From positions 1-62,088 of the forward strand of contig JBFLGF010000123.1 of NCBI GenBank assembly GCA_050230475.1: a stretch of 62,088 nt of DNA, in the 5' to 3' direction. Position numbers and translations under genes: made by a program. The stretch comes from Ancylonema sp. (Eukaryota). Positions 24,249 to 36,800 of this stretch are shown here, one piece after another. Position 1 is the first letter of the stretch. Each line of letters starts with the position of its first letter. The notes beneath the pieces are model-generated. The model saw only the letters and a program-made list of their open reading frames with translations. It did no database searches and was not told the origin of the DNA.

Positions 24249-26801
24249 ATGGCTTCCCGCCAAAAACGAAACACTGACGTAAATCCGACGTGGGTGCAAT
24301 CCGATCCTTTCTCACGCTTTGCCACACCATCGCCAGCAAGCATCTGCATCTGTCTGTACGAATTAGCTGTTATTTCAGCTGTTCACCTCCCCAGGGTCTG
24401 AACACAATTCAGTTAAAAGAAGGCAGGGCACACACTCACACACACGCATTTTCCGTGCATTAAGAATGTTTGCTTCCCCCTCGCTTCCATCCTTGAAGGT
24501 AGGATTCCGAAGTTCCTCTGACAAATCAAATGGTTTTCTTGTCGATTCCCTGTCGATTCCCTGAGATGATGGGTTTTCTGCTGTTTCCCCTGTTTCCGCG
24601 ATGTCTGTTAGTTCCACTGTCGGATATCGGCCCGGTCGCTGACTCCATTTGTTCAGGTTGCAGCATTTCAGGCACTCCTGCCGGCACCAGGTTTGCCAAG
24701 CTTGGCAGATCCCAGGATCAGGCGCAATGCATGCAAGAGCCCTATAGCGCTCGGGAGAAATGAAGGCAGACATTGTGGATGGCAATGCGACCCAATCAGA
24801 AGGCGCGATAAGGACGTGCTTAGAGCTGCCAAGGGAGCTGTTAAGAAGGGGTTTGGAGGAGACAGCACGCGCAAGACTCGAGATTTTGACTTCACCGAAT
24901 GGACTCAGGTGAAAACCAATATCCGGTTCTCCACGCCCTCCATCTGGCGCTCCGAAAGTGCGCACAGAAAGTCATGGGCTGGTGTGGGCACCTTGAGTCA
25001 CCACCATTTACACATATTGTCTGATTACTCGCCTGTCAGTATTTATCAATCATGAACCAGTGCTTCCAGCACAACTCATGCTGGCCACTGTTGACCTATG
25101 TTGACCTGCGTTGACATATGCTTATGGAGCGGTATGCTAAGTGAGCAATAGCTGACGACGTGCTCGCTCCGTTTGTGCACCAAAACCTTCACATTTAAAA
25201 GGAACCACATAATTTTGTTTATGGAATGGTACTTTGCTCTCCCATACCCTTGGACGCGTCCTCACAGCCCTCGACTTTCGGCATCACCAGGTGACAGAGC
25301 CAGGAGAGGTTGCAGAGGGGGCGCGGAAAGCGGTTATGGTGAAGGACAAAGGGTGAGGCTGGGGCTGGGGCTAGAGCTGGGGCTGGGGTTGAGGCTGGAC
25401 CTGGGGCTTCAACTTGTGGCAGCGAGTGCCGCCTGTCTCTCTGCACGCCATGAATTTGGTATTCATGGCCCTGAAAGAAGGTCCTAGGCAAGAATGTGTG
25501 GCACGTATGATGTATCATGTGTCCTGCTTTTTTCCCTTTCTAGTGGTCATAAAAAATACTCGACATACATTAGAAGTTATCAGGGTTCATAGAATGTTGT
25601 TTTCAAGAAGGTTCCTACTCACAGATTCCCTGGTCACGTATTCACGATTGTTGGAACCACCTGATGTCAGAATCACCTGGCTACTTTGCGGCAATGTGCG
25701 ACCCCGCTTCCTAAGAAAAATCTATAGGAGTTTGCGAATATTTTATGGTTCCTGACTCAGAATGCTTCCGCATTCCGTGCAGGTATGTGATCATTAGTCA
25801 CGAGGAGAGCGTTTATGCAATCGAAGCCAACTGCCCTGCCTGCCAGTGTCCAGTGGTCAAAGGCAAGGTAAGTCTTCTTGCTTCATCTAGACTTGCATTC
25901 GGGCCCCTGCAGTGTCCTTGGCCAGCATTTTGGACACCAGTCGCTAACTCTTGGTAACCAGTTGCTAAGACTTGGTAACCAGTCGCTGATGATGCCTGTC
26001 GCAGCTGTTGCTATGCTGTGCCCGTGGGCTTGCCATTTGGCAACCGATCTTTGGAAGTATCAAGCCTGTCAAACGCCGTGCTGTAGTCCAAGATATCCAC
26101 TCCCCACTCAATCCATAATATTTATGTTGGTCTTGTCATCTATCTCCTTCGGAATTCCTTACAGGATTTCTTGCATCTCTGTGCGTCATTTCTGCTCCCA
26201 GTTTGTCTTTGAACTGCTGATTTGCCCAATCGACAATGTCAACCTTTTATTTGGTGTAGGTGGAAGTAGGGGAGGAAGGTGATGTCGGCATCGAATGCCC
26301 ACTATGTCATTCTGTGTTCACACTGGCGGACGGCTCGGTGCGGAAGTGGTGTCCAAAAGACGGGCTCTTGACTGGGATCATCGGGGCAATGAAAGAGAAA
26401 ACAGAACGGACCGATGCACTGGTAAGTAATGTGGGGAGATAAGTTCTGCGAATTGAGATAGGTGCATACATTTGGTGATGCTGCGACACTGTAACAACAT
26501 ACCCGTAGCGGCGACATTGAGGATGAAAGGGGAAAAAGAAGCTAAGAAGACAACTCCTGTTTGGTGCAGCATTGTATAGCTGTTCAATTTCCATTCATAT
26601 ACATAATTATAAATCGACAAAAGAGCTTTGGCGCGTCGAGCACTTGTAGGTAGACACGCAGACAGGAAGGTTTGCTATGTGGTTCATAAGAAGATCCGAG
26701 CCAGTAGTTTCACTCCTTTTCTGGGAGGTTTGGTGCAGGTAAAGCCTGCCCGAGTTTCTGCCTCTGGTGCAGTCTACATGCTCTTTAATCCCTCAGCTTG
26801 A
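24249..26801 (+). CDS. Plastid-targeted Rieske-fold ferredoxin-like protein with atypical ligand boxes
   Basis: Exons 24249-24278 (tentative), 24657-24908, 25291-25352, 25783-25867, 26260-26421, 26739-26801 give ...KKGFGG...EWTQVTEPGEVAEGARKAVMVKDKGYVIISHEESVYAIEANCPACQCPVVKGKVEVGEEGDVGIECPLCHSVFTLADGSVRKWCPKDGLL...VKPARVSASGAVYMLF*. Confidence 0.82.
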
Positions 26802-27791
26802 GGTGTAGATGGCCTCCCTAGACCCAATCATATTGCTGTGAAGAATTATCTCTTTATGCAAGCTCGGCAATTTACAAGTGCAAGTAGAAATATAAGAATC
26901 AATGTAAACAGTGGCCCGCTAGCGAAAACAGTTGCATGCCTGTTTTACTGTTGCTCTCGCTTGAGATTTCAATGATGTGCCATTCCATAACTTTTTTGCC
27001 TGACAAGAGAGTTGGCATTTGAATATGTTCCTTATCAAAAATATCACAGCAAAACCTGAAAACAATATTATGAAAAGCAGCAGGAAGCGGGAAGTATGCT
27101 TTCATCCTCATAAGTGTGCTATTTCCTCGATTTTTTCTACAAGAAAAACTGTCGTATTGTTATACGACAGTCACTACCCGTGTTCGTGAGTCAGTCCCAC
27201 AACAAAGCAAAAAGATGCCACTTAGTTGACGACATCATGTAAAATTTGTCTCGCTCATTAAGAAGATACATACGATAAGATGCGAGGGGTCCTGTATTGC
27301 TGACACAACATGCACGTCCTTGAAAATCACATAATGAAGTCAATACTTCTCTGCTTTACTTTTTTCTTTTTTTGTTTCTCTTAACCAAAGGGTACACTCC
27401 TACCAGGGCTCCTATCTCTACTTGCACCCTCATACACAACCCAAATCTTCACCACTCCTCCCCAGACAGCCATAACACTTTCTCTGTACTAGATAGTAAC
27501 TAGACAAGTTAGAGCAGTCGCCCCCGTACACCACATCAGATGAAAAACTGCCACAGAAAAAACCCTCAGGGGTCGACAGAAAGATCGTCCCTGACACCGG
27601 TACAGAAAACCAATGAAATACTTTGGAGCATGACGACCTCCATCTTGTCCGGTGACTATCTCACGCCTAAAAACAGCTGCATGCCTTGCAGACATACATT
27701 CTATACACAAGCGACGTGTTTGTCAGGCACGCAGACCTCCGACCCGAGGGTTTTCCATAAACTTCATGCCCCCTCTTGTATAAATCTTCAG

Positions 27792-29427
27792 TCAAGAAAC
27801 AGATTGTGTTTCAGATGGCACTGGACAAGCCGGATCTTTGCCGACGTCGTCAGCAACGCCACCCTCGTTCCCAGCTCTCCTTGAGGTGCGCTTACATGCT
27901 CCTCCATAAGTTGAGACAGCCGACCTCTTCCTGGAAGAGTTTTCGAGGCTCTTGGCCTTCAGGGAGGAGGACCGGACTGGGCGCCGTAACCGAGCTGAGA
28001 CAACAGCATCCAAAACTCCCGGCTCCACACTCAAAGAAGATTCACCATGGACGCTCTGTTTCACCATTCTGCTGATACGCTCAATGTCCATCTCTTGCAC
28101 CGGCTTCAGTAAGAAATCCTCAGCACCTGTCTCTAAACACCTGCAGAAGCTTGCACAGAAGGGGTCAGGAAGACTAGATAGATTCGGAGTGCTGCAGCCT
28201 CCTCCAGAAAACTTCCAAGCATTCTTGACAGAATCATAAGACATACTGAATGATTCTTTCGTATCTGAACTTCACCCTAGCTGCTTTCTGCTGACTGGAG
28301 ATATGATATGCAGGACTTGCAATGCGTATTTCCTTGCAATATCCCACAGCACTGGTTAGGGGGACATGAAACAGAAGCCTGTGCATGAAGCTCACGGAAA
28401 CGCAAACGATGTCGCCTGGAGGGGTCTGCATGTTGTGTACCTGGTCACGTTTTCGCTGATGTTTTCGGAGGACATGATTACCATGGGTATTGCCCGGAAA
28501 CTTGCAACTTCCTGCAAAAGTAACACAACGACATTGAATTGCTGCCAGAGGAAGCATATAGCTTTCAGATACCGCCGGCAAGGCGGTTTGGTAGCGAGCT
28601 ACTGTGGTACCAACTAGCACCTCAAACCTCTAGTCATCCCCACAGATGTTCATGTAAGAAGAGGCAAAAACTCGATGTTGAATCGTATCTTTTAACGAAG
28701 ATTCTTGATAACGCGCAAAGACCTCTTGACCTTCTAAACTTCTATCCTTCTCAGGAGGATCCTTCAAGGGGCTTTCAGGGGGTGTCTCTAAACATTCCAA
28801 TCCGTCTCCGATCGCGGGGACATGATATGATACTCCTCATGTTACTGTTGTGGTGTAAAGTACCTTCACTCGCTTCAATAGCTCCTCTCCGCTCATTCCC
28901 GGCATGTGAAAGTCGCTAATGATCAAATGGAACGGAGGAGAGAACTGCCACCGAAGAGCCAACGTCCATATTAGCATTTCCTAATAAAGAGGCGATAGGC
29001 GCCTGCAACACCGGACATCAGACTACATCGCAATGACTGGCGTACCTGTTGTCCAGTGGAGCTGTCATTTGAAAGCCCAAGGAGCTCCAACGCTTTATAC
29101 GCACTGTTCGCACAAGTGACTGCAGTAGAACGAAAAAGATATCACTCAACTGCAAACAGGGCCCTTCAGGCAGACAGGAATATTAGATATTCGACAGTCT
29201 TACAGTTGTCTCACGGGGAGTGACGGAGTCGTTATTTGCCAGAAAACCCTACACTGATGCAACACCTGCAAAATCCGTCCAAAACAGCGGCTTCTACCTT
29301 TGTAAGCTTGACGTTGCAGCAATCGCACGACGAGCGTTCTGTCAAGCGTACTATCGTCCACTGCAAGTACACGAAGTTCTGGAAAAGACGTTGCACTCGG
29401 AGTCTCAACAAGAGCCATTGAGCGCAT
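27792..29427 (-). CDS. Type-A two-component response regulator (ARR-A-like receiver protein)
   Basis: Exons 29427-29298, 29119-29046, 28944-28864, 28511-28441, 28140-27792. Motifs VLAVDDSTLDR, ALELLGL, LIISDFHMPGMSGEELLKRVK, IPMVIMSSEN, CLETGAEDFLLKPV; short C-terminal tail with no Myb/GARP domain. Confidence 0.93.
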
Positions 29428-31728
29428 GTGCGTGGAAAAGCGTGCCTGCCTCTTCTGATAACTATGTCGGAAACAACTGGATCAGTCAGTCGATATGGTA
29501 AGCGCCATGTCGAGAGCTAACAGAGCATGAAGTCCGCTCCTTCAACAGTCTGTGTGGTGATGACAGGAACCACTAAATCAATAATGTATCAGTATCAACC
29601 ACGCTAGAGGCGAGGCACTGGGAGATACTAAATCGCCCCCTGAAACCCAAATCTGACACAATGGAAGGTAAAGATCGTCGAGTCAGCAAATCAAAAAACG
29701 CGGTGCAGGTTCAGATGAGCGTTTCAGATGGCTGGCCCGGACTTACGGGCACGCGGAACTGGCTGGATTTCGTCCATAGATTTGGTTCCAGCCGATTGCA
29801 TGACAACCGCGTTAGCGTTTGAAACGACGTGTGAACAGAACATCGACCGGAGAGCGGGCAGAGGAGGCCGGCGTTAGATTCTAGAGATCGATGCGATCTC
29901 GATTTGATTCTAGATGGTGCAATCTCGATCGTACTTCGAATATGCTTCAATGCATAGATGTACACGCCCGTAAAAATCTCCGCCGAGCGCCGCTTGCGGG
30001 CGGTCTCGCCCGCAGGCGAAACGCGGGCGAAAATGTCCACGCGGCGTGTAAAAAAAATAAAAAATGCTAATATCAACTACATGAAAAGAAAGACGCATTT
30101 TATTCAAGCACGATGGGAACCCCATCTGAGTACAACACCAACGTTATCGTACCAACCTAAAGGAACAGAAGAAGGAAAACAACCCCAATCCTAAAACAAT
30201 CGAGCAACAATCCTTAACTCTGCTGACGACAATAACACCTACATAGTTTCAACTACATCAACTACATAGTTTCAACTACATGATTTTTTTTCTTTTAAAG
30301 AATATCATAAAACATCTAGAAGCTATGCTTTTTTTAACTTGCTTTCTTGAAATCCCAAAATTCAGCGCGCCCGGCACGGGCGGCCGGGCGGCGCCCGCGG
30401 GCGGGTATATCAATGGTCCAAGCTGTGAAACGCTGAAAACGCTTCAGGCTGAATCGGTGTTGATATCGCGTCAGGTAACTGTCAGAGCTGTAGTTATTAC
30501 AATTGTACGGATAAGCAACGGACTTTGTAACGGACGAATGTTTTCCAGAATCAAGCTCCCAGCTCCCACGCAAATCTGTAAAATCCATATCACAAGTACT
30601 TATTTTAATATCTGCCACAAAAGGCGCACGTGCCATATGGACGCGTGAATTTGTACTGCATGTTTTGTTGTTGGTGAATTTCCTTGCACACGGTCCTTTG
30701 TCGTCTTGGAGAACCCTGTCTGGCACGATGTGCCCGATCAAATCTTACGTAGAATCTTCCGATACGCTGCCATATGGCAGGCATGTGGGAACGACGGATG
30801 AGGCGCAGCCACCGAGTCGGTAGCTGCGCCTCATCCGTCGTTCCGGGTCCCACGGTGGTGTGCCCGCTTCCGGCCAGGGCGCTTTTCTTAGAGTCGCAAC
30901 TCGATACACCGTTTGGGCACCGTATATGATTTCTCGAAACGATTTAAATTGTCAATGATACGTAAAAACGATTCCGGAAATCCGATAGTTATGATCAATG
31001 GTTTTCGGAAATGATCCCGGAAAAACTACATGTCAATTGAAACAAACAAAATGGAAAAAAAAAATGAATGAATGTCAATGATTTTGGGGAATGATTTTAC
31101 ATTTAGGTATTAGTTAAAATGATTGATTTCATATTTCAATAATTTATTAGAAGTTATTGTGGGTGCTGAGTGCATGGAATAGTCCTCATAGTTGTACGGT
31201 AACTTGTAACCCCCCTTAGGTTTCACGCCCGTCTCTGCATGCGGGCGAAGCGCCGGGAGGGCACGGCCCGGCCACTTCCTTAAGGACGGGCTGCATGTCG
31301 AGATTTCACCAGCCCAAAGACAAACCCAAGGGTGAAAGACATTGATACTTATAATTTTATCCATGCGCCGTACTCGTACATAATAAGAAACCTACTACGA
31401 TTCTTTCGCGCATGTGTCAAAACTCACTGGCGTGTTACGATGTTGAATAACAAAGAATTTTGCACAACCACACAAAGGGATACAAATAAAGAAGGGGATG
31501 CAATTAAAAAGAGGGAATCATGGCGTGGTGATAACTTTCAGATGTCACTAATAAGCCCTAGTATTTTGAAATGAAATCCATGCGACGTACGTGTATCACC
31601 ATAACTATACACACCATTGCTATACACTCATAAGTACAATCATTCTATCAGGTTGTGATCGTTGACAAATGATGGTTTGTGAGTGAATTCGGTCTAAGAG
31701 TGACTCTTGTTGTAATCAAGTTGCGTGC

Positions 31729-32879
31729 TATCGAGGAATGCCAAATTTTTTATCGGCATTAGCCGCTCTTGTATGGCGGCGAGCGCCAACTTCATGTAGC
31801 AGCTGACGCTGGCCTTGTATGGCGACTGGCCGGCCACACAACATTTTTGTTTTCAGCTTTTTTTCGGTCAAAAGGGTCACACTCATAATTGGGGCGACCC
31901 ACTTACTTGACCCAAGCGAATTATCGTTACTACTCCGTGACGAAAAATCTCGACCCGGGTAAATACTATTTATTATACCGTTACCCGGCAAGCGAAGTGA
32001 CCCACCCCAAACCAACGCGTATTTTTAACCGTACCAGTACCGTACTAACCATGGTGTTGTAAATGCTGAAATCCTCGGGTGAAAGAAGCGGAGGGTGTCG
32101 GCTCTAAATTTCGGCCCTCTAGCAACCGTTCAGAGCTCGACACATGTTGTCAGTCTTCAAATGTATTGTTGGACTTCGTCGCTGGTCGTCATGAAAAGAG
32201 GTCCGTTCGACATACATGAGTTTAGAGATTCCGAAATGATAGAAGCGAATGCAATAATAGTACTGTGCACATCAAAACAAATATTGTTGTGATGGTTATG
32301 TGTTATGCAAAAGATAAAACTATCCACATGATTTAAGTGTCACAACCTTCCCGTACAGTCACCCCCCCAAACTCCACATTACGATGCTAAATTGTTCTAT
32401 ACGAAAATTTGTAAGAAAACAAAACAATGACGATCGATTTGACCGCCACTGGACCACGATTGAATCTTGCGCGACCGGGGTTTAAGAACATGTGTATTTT
32501 GAGCGAAAGACCGAATATAATCCAGTTTATGATGCTGACCGCTATGCCGGATATAACCCATTTTATGATGTTGACCACTATGCCGGATTCGAAATTTATG
32601 GTGTGACCCACCCCCAAAAAATGATTTTTTTTATTCGACACGACACACCATTTTCTTAATTATTTGCGGGTCATCATTATGTATGGCCACTACGGTATTT
32701 CCCAAGGTGCTCCCTCGCCATTCAAATCCGACGGTAGCCGCCATACAAGGCCAGCGGTAGCCGCCATATAAAGCAGGCGTTAGCCAACATACAAGCCAGC
32801 GCTAGCCGCTATTTAAAGTTGGCGCTCACCGCCATATAAGAGCGGCTGATGCCTTCAACAAACTAGGCATTTCTCTATA
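31729..32879. mobile_element. Long-TIR (about 100 bp arms) foldback/MULE-like element containing a family A MITE end
   Basis: 31729-31830 (gaggaatgcc...agccgctcttgtatggcggcgagcgccaactt) is the reverse complement of ~32780-32879. Family A TIR ends at 32697. No clear TSD. Confidence 0.6.
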
Positions 32880-33806
32880 ACAAAGTAGGCATTCCTTTAT
32901 TCGTCCATATCTATTGTTGGATTTGTACTTGCATCCTACTCCCACTTCATGTATTGCATGTGTAAGGATCGCGTTTCTACGAAATCCCAAGGCCTCTCAC
33001 TCGGCATCGTCATCAATGCCACGAACAATGCCATCTAGTACTTCTCTTTTACGTGTCCGTCTTTTTTTGAATGATACCTTACGCAAAAAAAACTCTCTAG
33101 GTCATGTAGGTTTGCCGCAAGCTACTGCCTTTGGATGATCTTCTAAGGCGGGCCCGTCAAATGGAGCAATGCATGCCATCATTTTGCCGTATACCCGTGC
33201 TTTTTCGGCTTGGACGATTGGACGAGGATGACTGACTAAACAAAAAATACACTTGCGATTAAAGTGCCGAATCGAAGATTGTATCATAATGTGAACGGAT
33301 CAAAAGGTGGCGCGAATGCCTCTATGCCATAAAAACGTCCAAAACGAGGTCGATCGCGAAACCCCGATCGCCAAATCTAAGATAATATAAAAATCCGAGC
33401 GGAAGGGTGACGAGCAATATCGATTGCAACAAAAAATAATCATTTTCACATTTATTTCACATTTCAGTGTGTAATAATGTTGTTCTCGTATGCAAAATAT
33501 AGATGGAGTAACTTCCTACATTTGTTGCTCATGCCCACACGTTATCCACTTGCAAGCAATCACGTGCTATCTTGAGTACTCGCCACAACCGATTCCATGC
33601 AACATCAACATGTTGCGGTGGATAACCTTTGCTTACGGTTTTGTTGAGTCGAGGCATACGCACACGAGCAACGAGATACACATCATCGCTTTTGTGCATG
33701 TGCGTGCACACGTGACATCACGCAATGGCAATAAACGCACCGTGACTAATCACCGGACGCTGATTATTCACATTCGAAAAATGGTTTTTTTTTCCTTCTC
33801 GAGAAA

Positions 33807-36800
33807 CTACACATTTTCCCTCCGCACTTCCTCCACGACCCTCGCTCCCACTCTATCCAGCGACCGCACACTTACAGTGGCTTGCAACTTCCCTTGTTGT
33901 AAGAACGCCTCTACCATGGCCTGCCCTATCACTTCCCCCTTCTCCACACTGTCTGTTATCGCTACCGACGTCGGCCCAGCTCCACTGATCGCGCACCCAT
34001 ACGCGCCCGTGACGCTCGCAGCAACTTTGACGGCGGAGCATCCGGGGATGAGTTGACTTCTTCGCGGCTCCACGATGAGATCGGAAGCTGCATCGAGCAA
34101 GACACGGCACGTGAATAACCGAACCTCTTCACATCTCTCCTTGTCAAGGTTTTGCATCCGGAGCTCTACATTCGTAACGGTACGGGGGACCATCATGATG
34201 CATTGCAATATTGCATATCCCAAACGAAAAACTCAGAACCCCCCCCATAAAACAGTAAAAAAGGGAGGGGGGGGCTTTGCCGAAAGATATATATATTGTT
34301 ATTGTTATTGTTATTGTTATATGCTATTTTTTTTGGACAGCGTTCTTTTAGAGAGGTTCCATTGTATAAAAAACCAGAGCGGGTCTTGCGGCGGGCCCAG
34401 ACAACTAGTATATATTGAACCAATGTAGCGTGGGATCCCCATCCTCCGATACCCACATCCACAACCCATTCCTGATCCTCAACTTTCTCCCACCGCCCTC
34501 GCAACGCACAAGAATTGCTTTCACTCACCCAACGCCGCCCCTAGCAAGCTCGCATTCCCCGTCAGTATTGCAGCAACCAGAGCCGCCGCTTGACTGCTGT
34601 TGGCCACGTGCGATTTCATACTCACCTACAACCCGCAAAGAGACAAAATGGTGGTCGATATTGAGCGTTGCATGCCTCCTTCGTACGGCGTCTTTAGAAC
34701 TCAAATCGTTTCCTGTACTGTCAAAATATTCTTATATCGAGGTTTGAGGGTTTGTACTCAACGGGTCGATTCCATACTATCGCACAAAGAAACTGGGGCC
34801 CCACTCTGTATGTACGATAGTGGTTTATATTCATCTCAGTTCTACTAGAAAGAATGAGTACACTACAAATAGTTTTCAGAGATGTAGGTTTTTTTTTTTG
34901 TTGTTCTTTTCACAAAAAGAACCCTCAAGGTCCCTCCCCACAAAAAGAATCCCCACACCCAACAACCCTAACAACCCTAACAATCTAACAATCTAACAAT
35001 CTAACAACCTAAAATCTAATTCTCCTATCCTAGTTCTGCGAACACCCCCCACCGACTACCACTTCCCCACACACCCAAATTTTTTATTTTGCAAAAAAAC
35101 GGAAAACCCCCCCAAGATCACTACCATCCTCAAGCACACAACCCTCCCCAACAACTTATCTCACACACACCCACTCAGGAGCGTTTGTGCATAAGCAAAT
35201 CCGTACATAACATATCTCTGATATTTCCAACATCAGCATCTCTGTGCGGGTAGCACAGCCCTCATCGCGAAAATGATAACATCATAACACAAAGCCAACA
35301 TAACATTATAACATCATATCATCATAACATCATATTACAAAGACATCATAACATCATAACATCATAAACTCAAAGACATCATAACATCATAACATCATTA
35401 CATCATAACGTCATAACATCATAACATCATAACATCATAACATCATACTACAAAGACAACATAACATCATAACACAAAGACAGCATAACATCATACCATG
35501 GTAACACCAAGACAACATAGCATAATAAGTCAAAGACCCACCTCAGTGGGTAGCGCGGCCCTCATGGCCTTGGTAGGCGCCTCAAACGCGGGCGTGGCGA
35601 CCACAAAGAAAAGGTCGCGGTCTTCCGGGTACGGTAACCGCAGAATCTCCAGGGGGTCGTAGCTGCGGATGAGCACAAACCCGCCCAGCAGAGCGGGTCC
35701 CACGTTATCCGCGTGATACCCGCTAACCGTGGCCTCGGATCGGAGACCCGCCACGACGAGGTCGTCTTTGGAGAGGGGGGAACCGAAGAGGGCATTCACC
35801 TGGAGACCAGGGATACCAGGGATGAGGGGGAAGGGGGGGGAGGTATAGTGAAACCTGTCTTCACTAATACTGTGCTGATGAATAACCTGTGTTGCTTATA
35901 GAATGACTTCCACCCGATTTCGGGTTATCATCAACCATTCTTGATTGATATTTTTTCCCGGTGATGACAGTATGAAATCAGTTAGGTTCGACTGTATATT
36001 GAATTAGAGGGATTTTGGGGGACACACACTGGTTGTTGTCTATTCTCCTTCCCACCAGTGTGATACAACTGTAGAACCGTCCACGGCACTGACCTGAATT
36101 CTAGACAGCCACACATGTCTGTCCTCTATATCCACCCCCCCCCCTCCCCCTCCCCCCCTCCCCCCATATCATGCCAGGTGGCGCCATCCTCACCGCACAG
36201 GCCGCGGCTGCCGCACTCGCCGCGCTGGACCCCAGCCCGCTGCCAAGCGGCAGACCCTTGTGCAACGTCAGTTCTACCCCCCACGATTTCACCCCCAGCA
36301 GCTCCAGGGTGGCCCCTGCAGCGATCCCCACGCAGTTGTCGCCAGCCTCAAGACTCAGTTTGCCGCCGTCGCCGGTGATGGATACGATGCGGACGCTACC
36401 CCCAGGGACGGAGTCGGACAGCTGGGCGGGGGGGGGGGGGGGGGGGCGCAGAGGGGAGGGAGGGAGGAAGAAGGGAGGGAGGGAGGGAGGAGGGGAGGGG
36501 AGGTGGGTGGGGAAGGGGGGGGGGGGGATGAGGGTGAATGTCGTATTGAGCGATATTGGGGAATGGGAGTGCAGGTCTGAACATAATCCGGACGAAACCA
36601 CAAGAGGTGTAGTTGAGTGCTCTAACCCTCAATACCACTTTCTGTGTGCGATGATGATTGTCATACTCGAAAATTGGAAACCCTAAAAACTCCAGGATTT
36701 TTAGTCGAAAGGACCTCCTACAGGGTTTTGAAAACCTTCGAGTTTCATCCCCTTGCTCGAGCAGTATCGCCCCCCCCAATGAGCCCAAATATTTGATCGA

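Noticed and set aside
25783..26421. RING/zinc-finger interpretation of CPAC and CPLCH
   Set aside because: Spliced context matches the Rieske ferredoxin fold, not RING spacing.
35277..35525. CRISPR-like or telomeric array
   Set aside because: Simple intronic satellite without unique spacers; eukaryotic context.
35844..35996. Possible small TA-flanked MITE in an HSK intron
   Set aside because: TIR similarity is weak and there is no second copy in the window.
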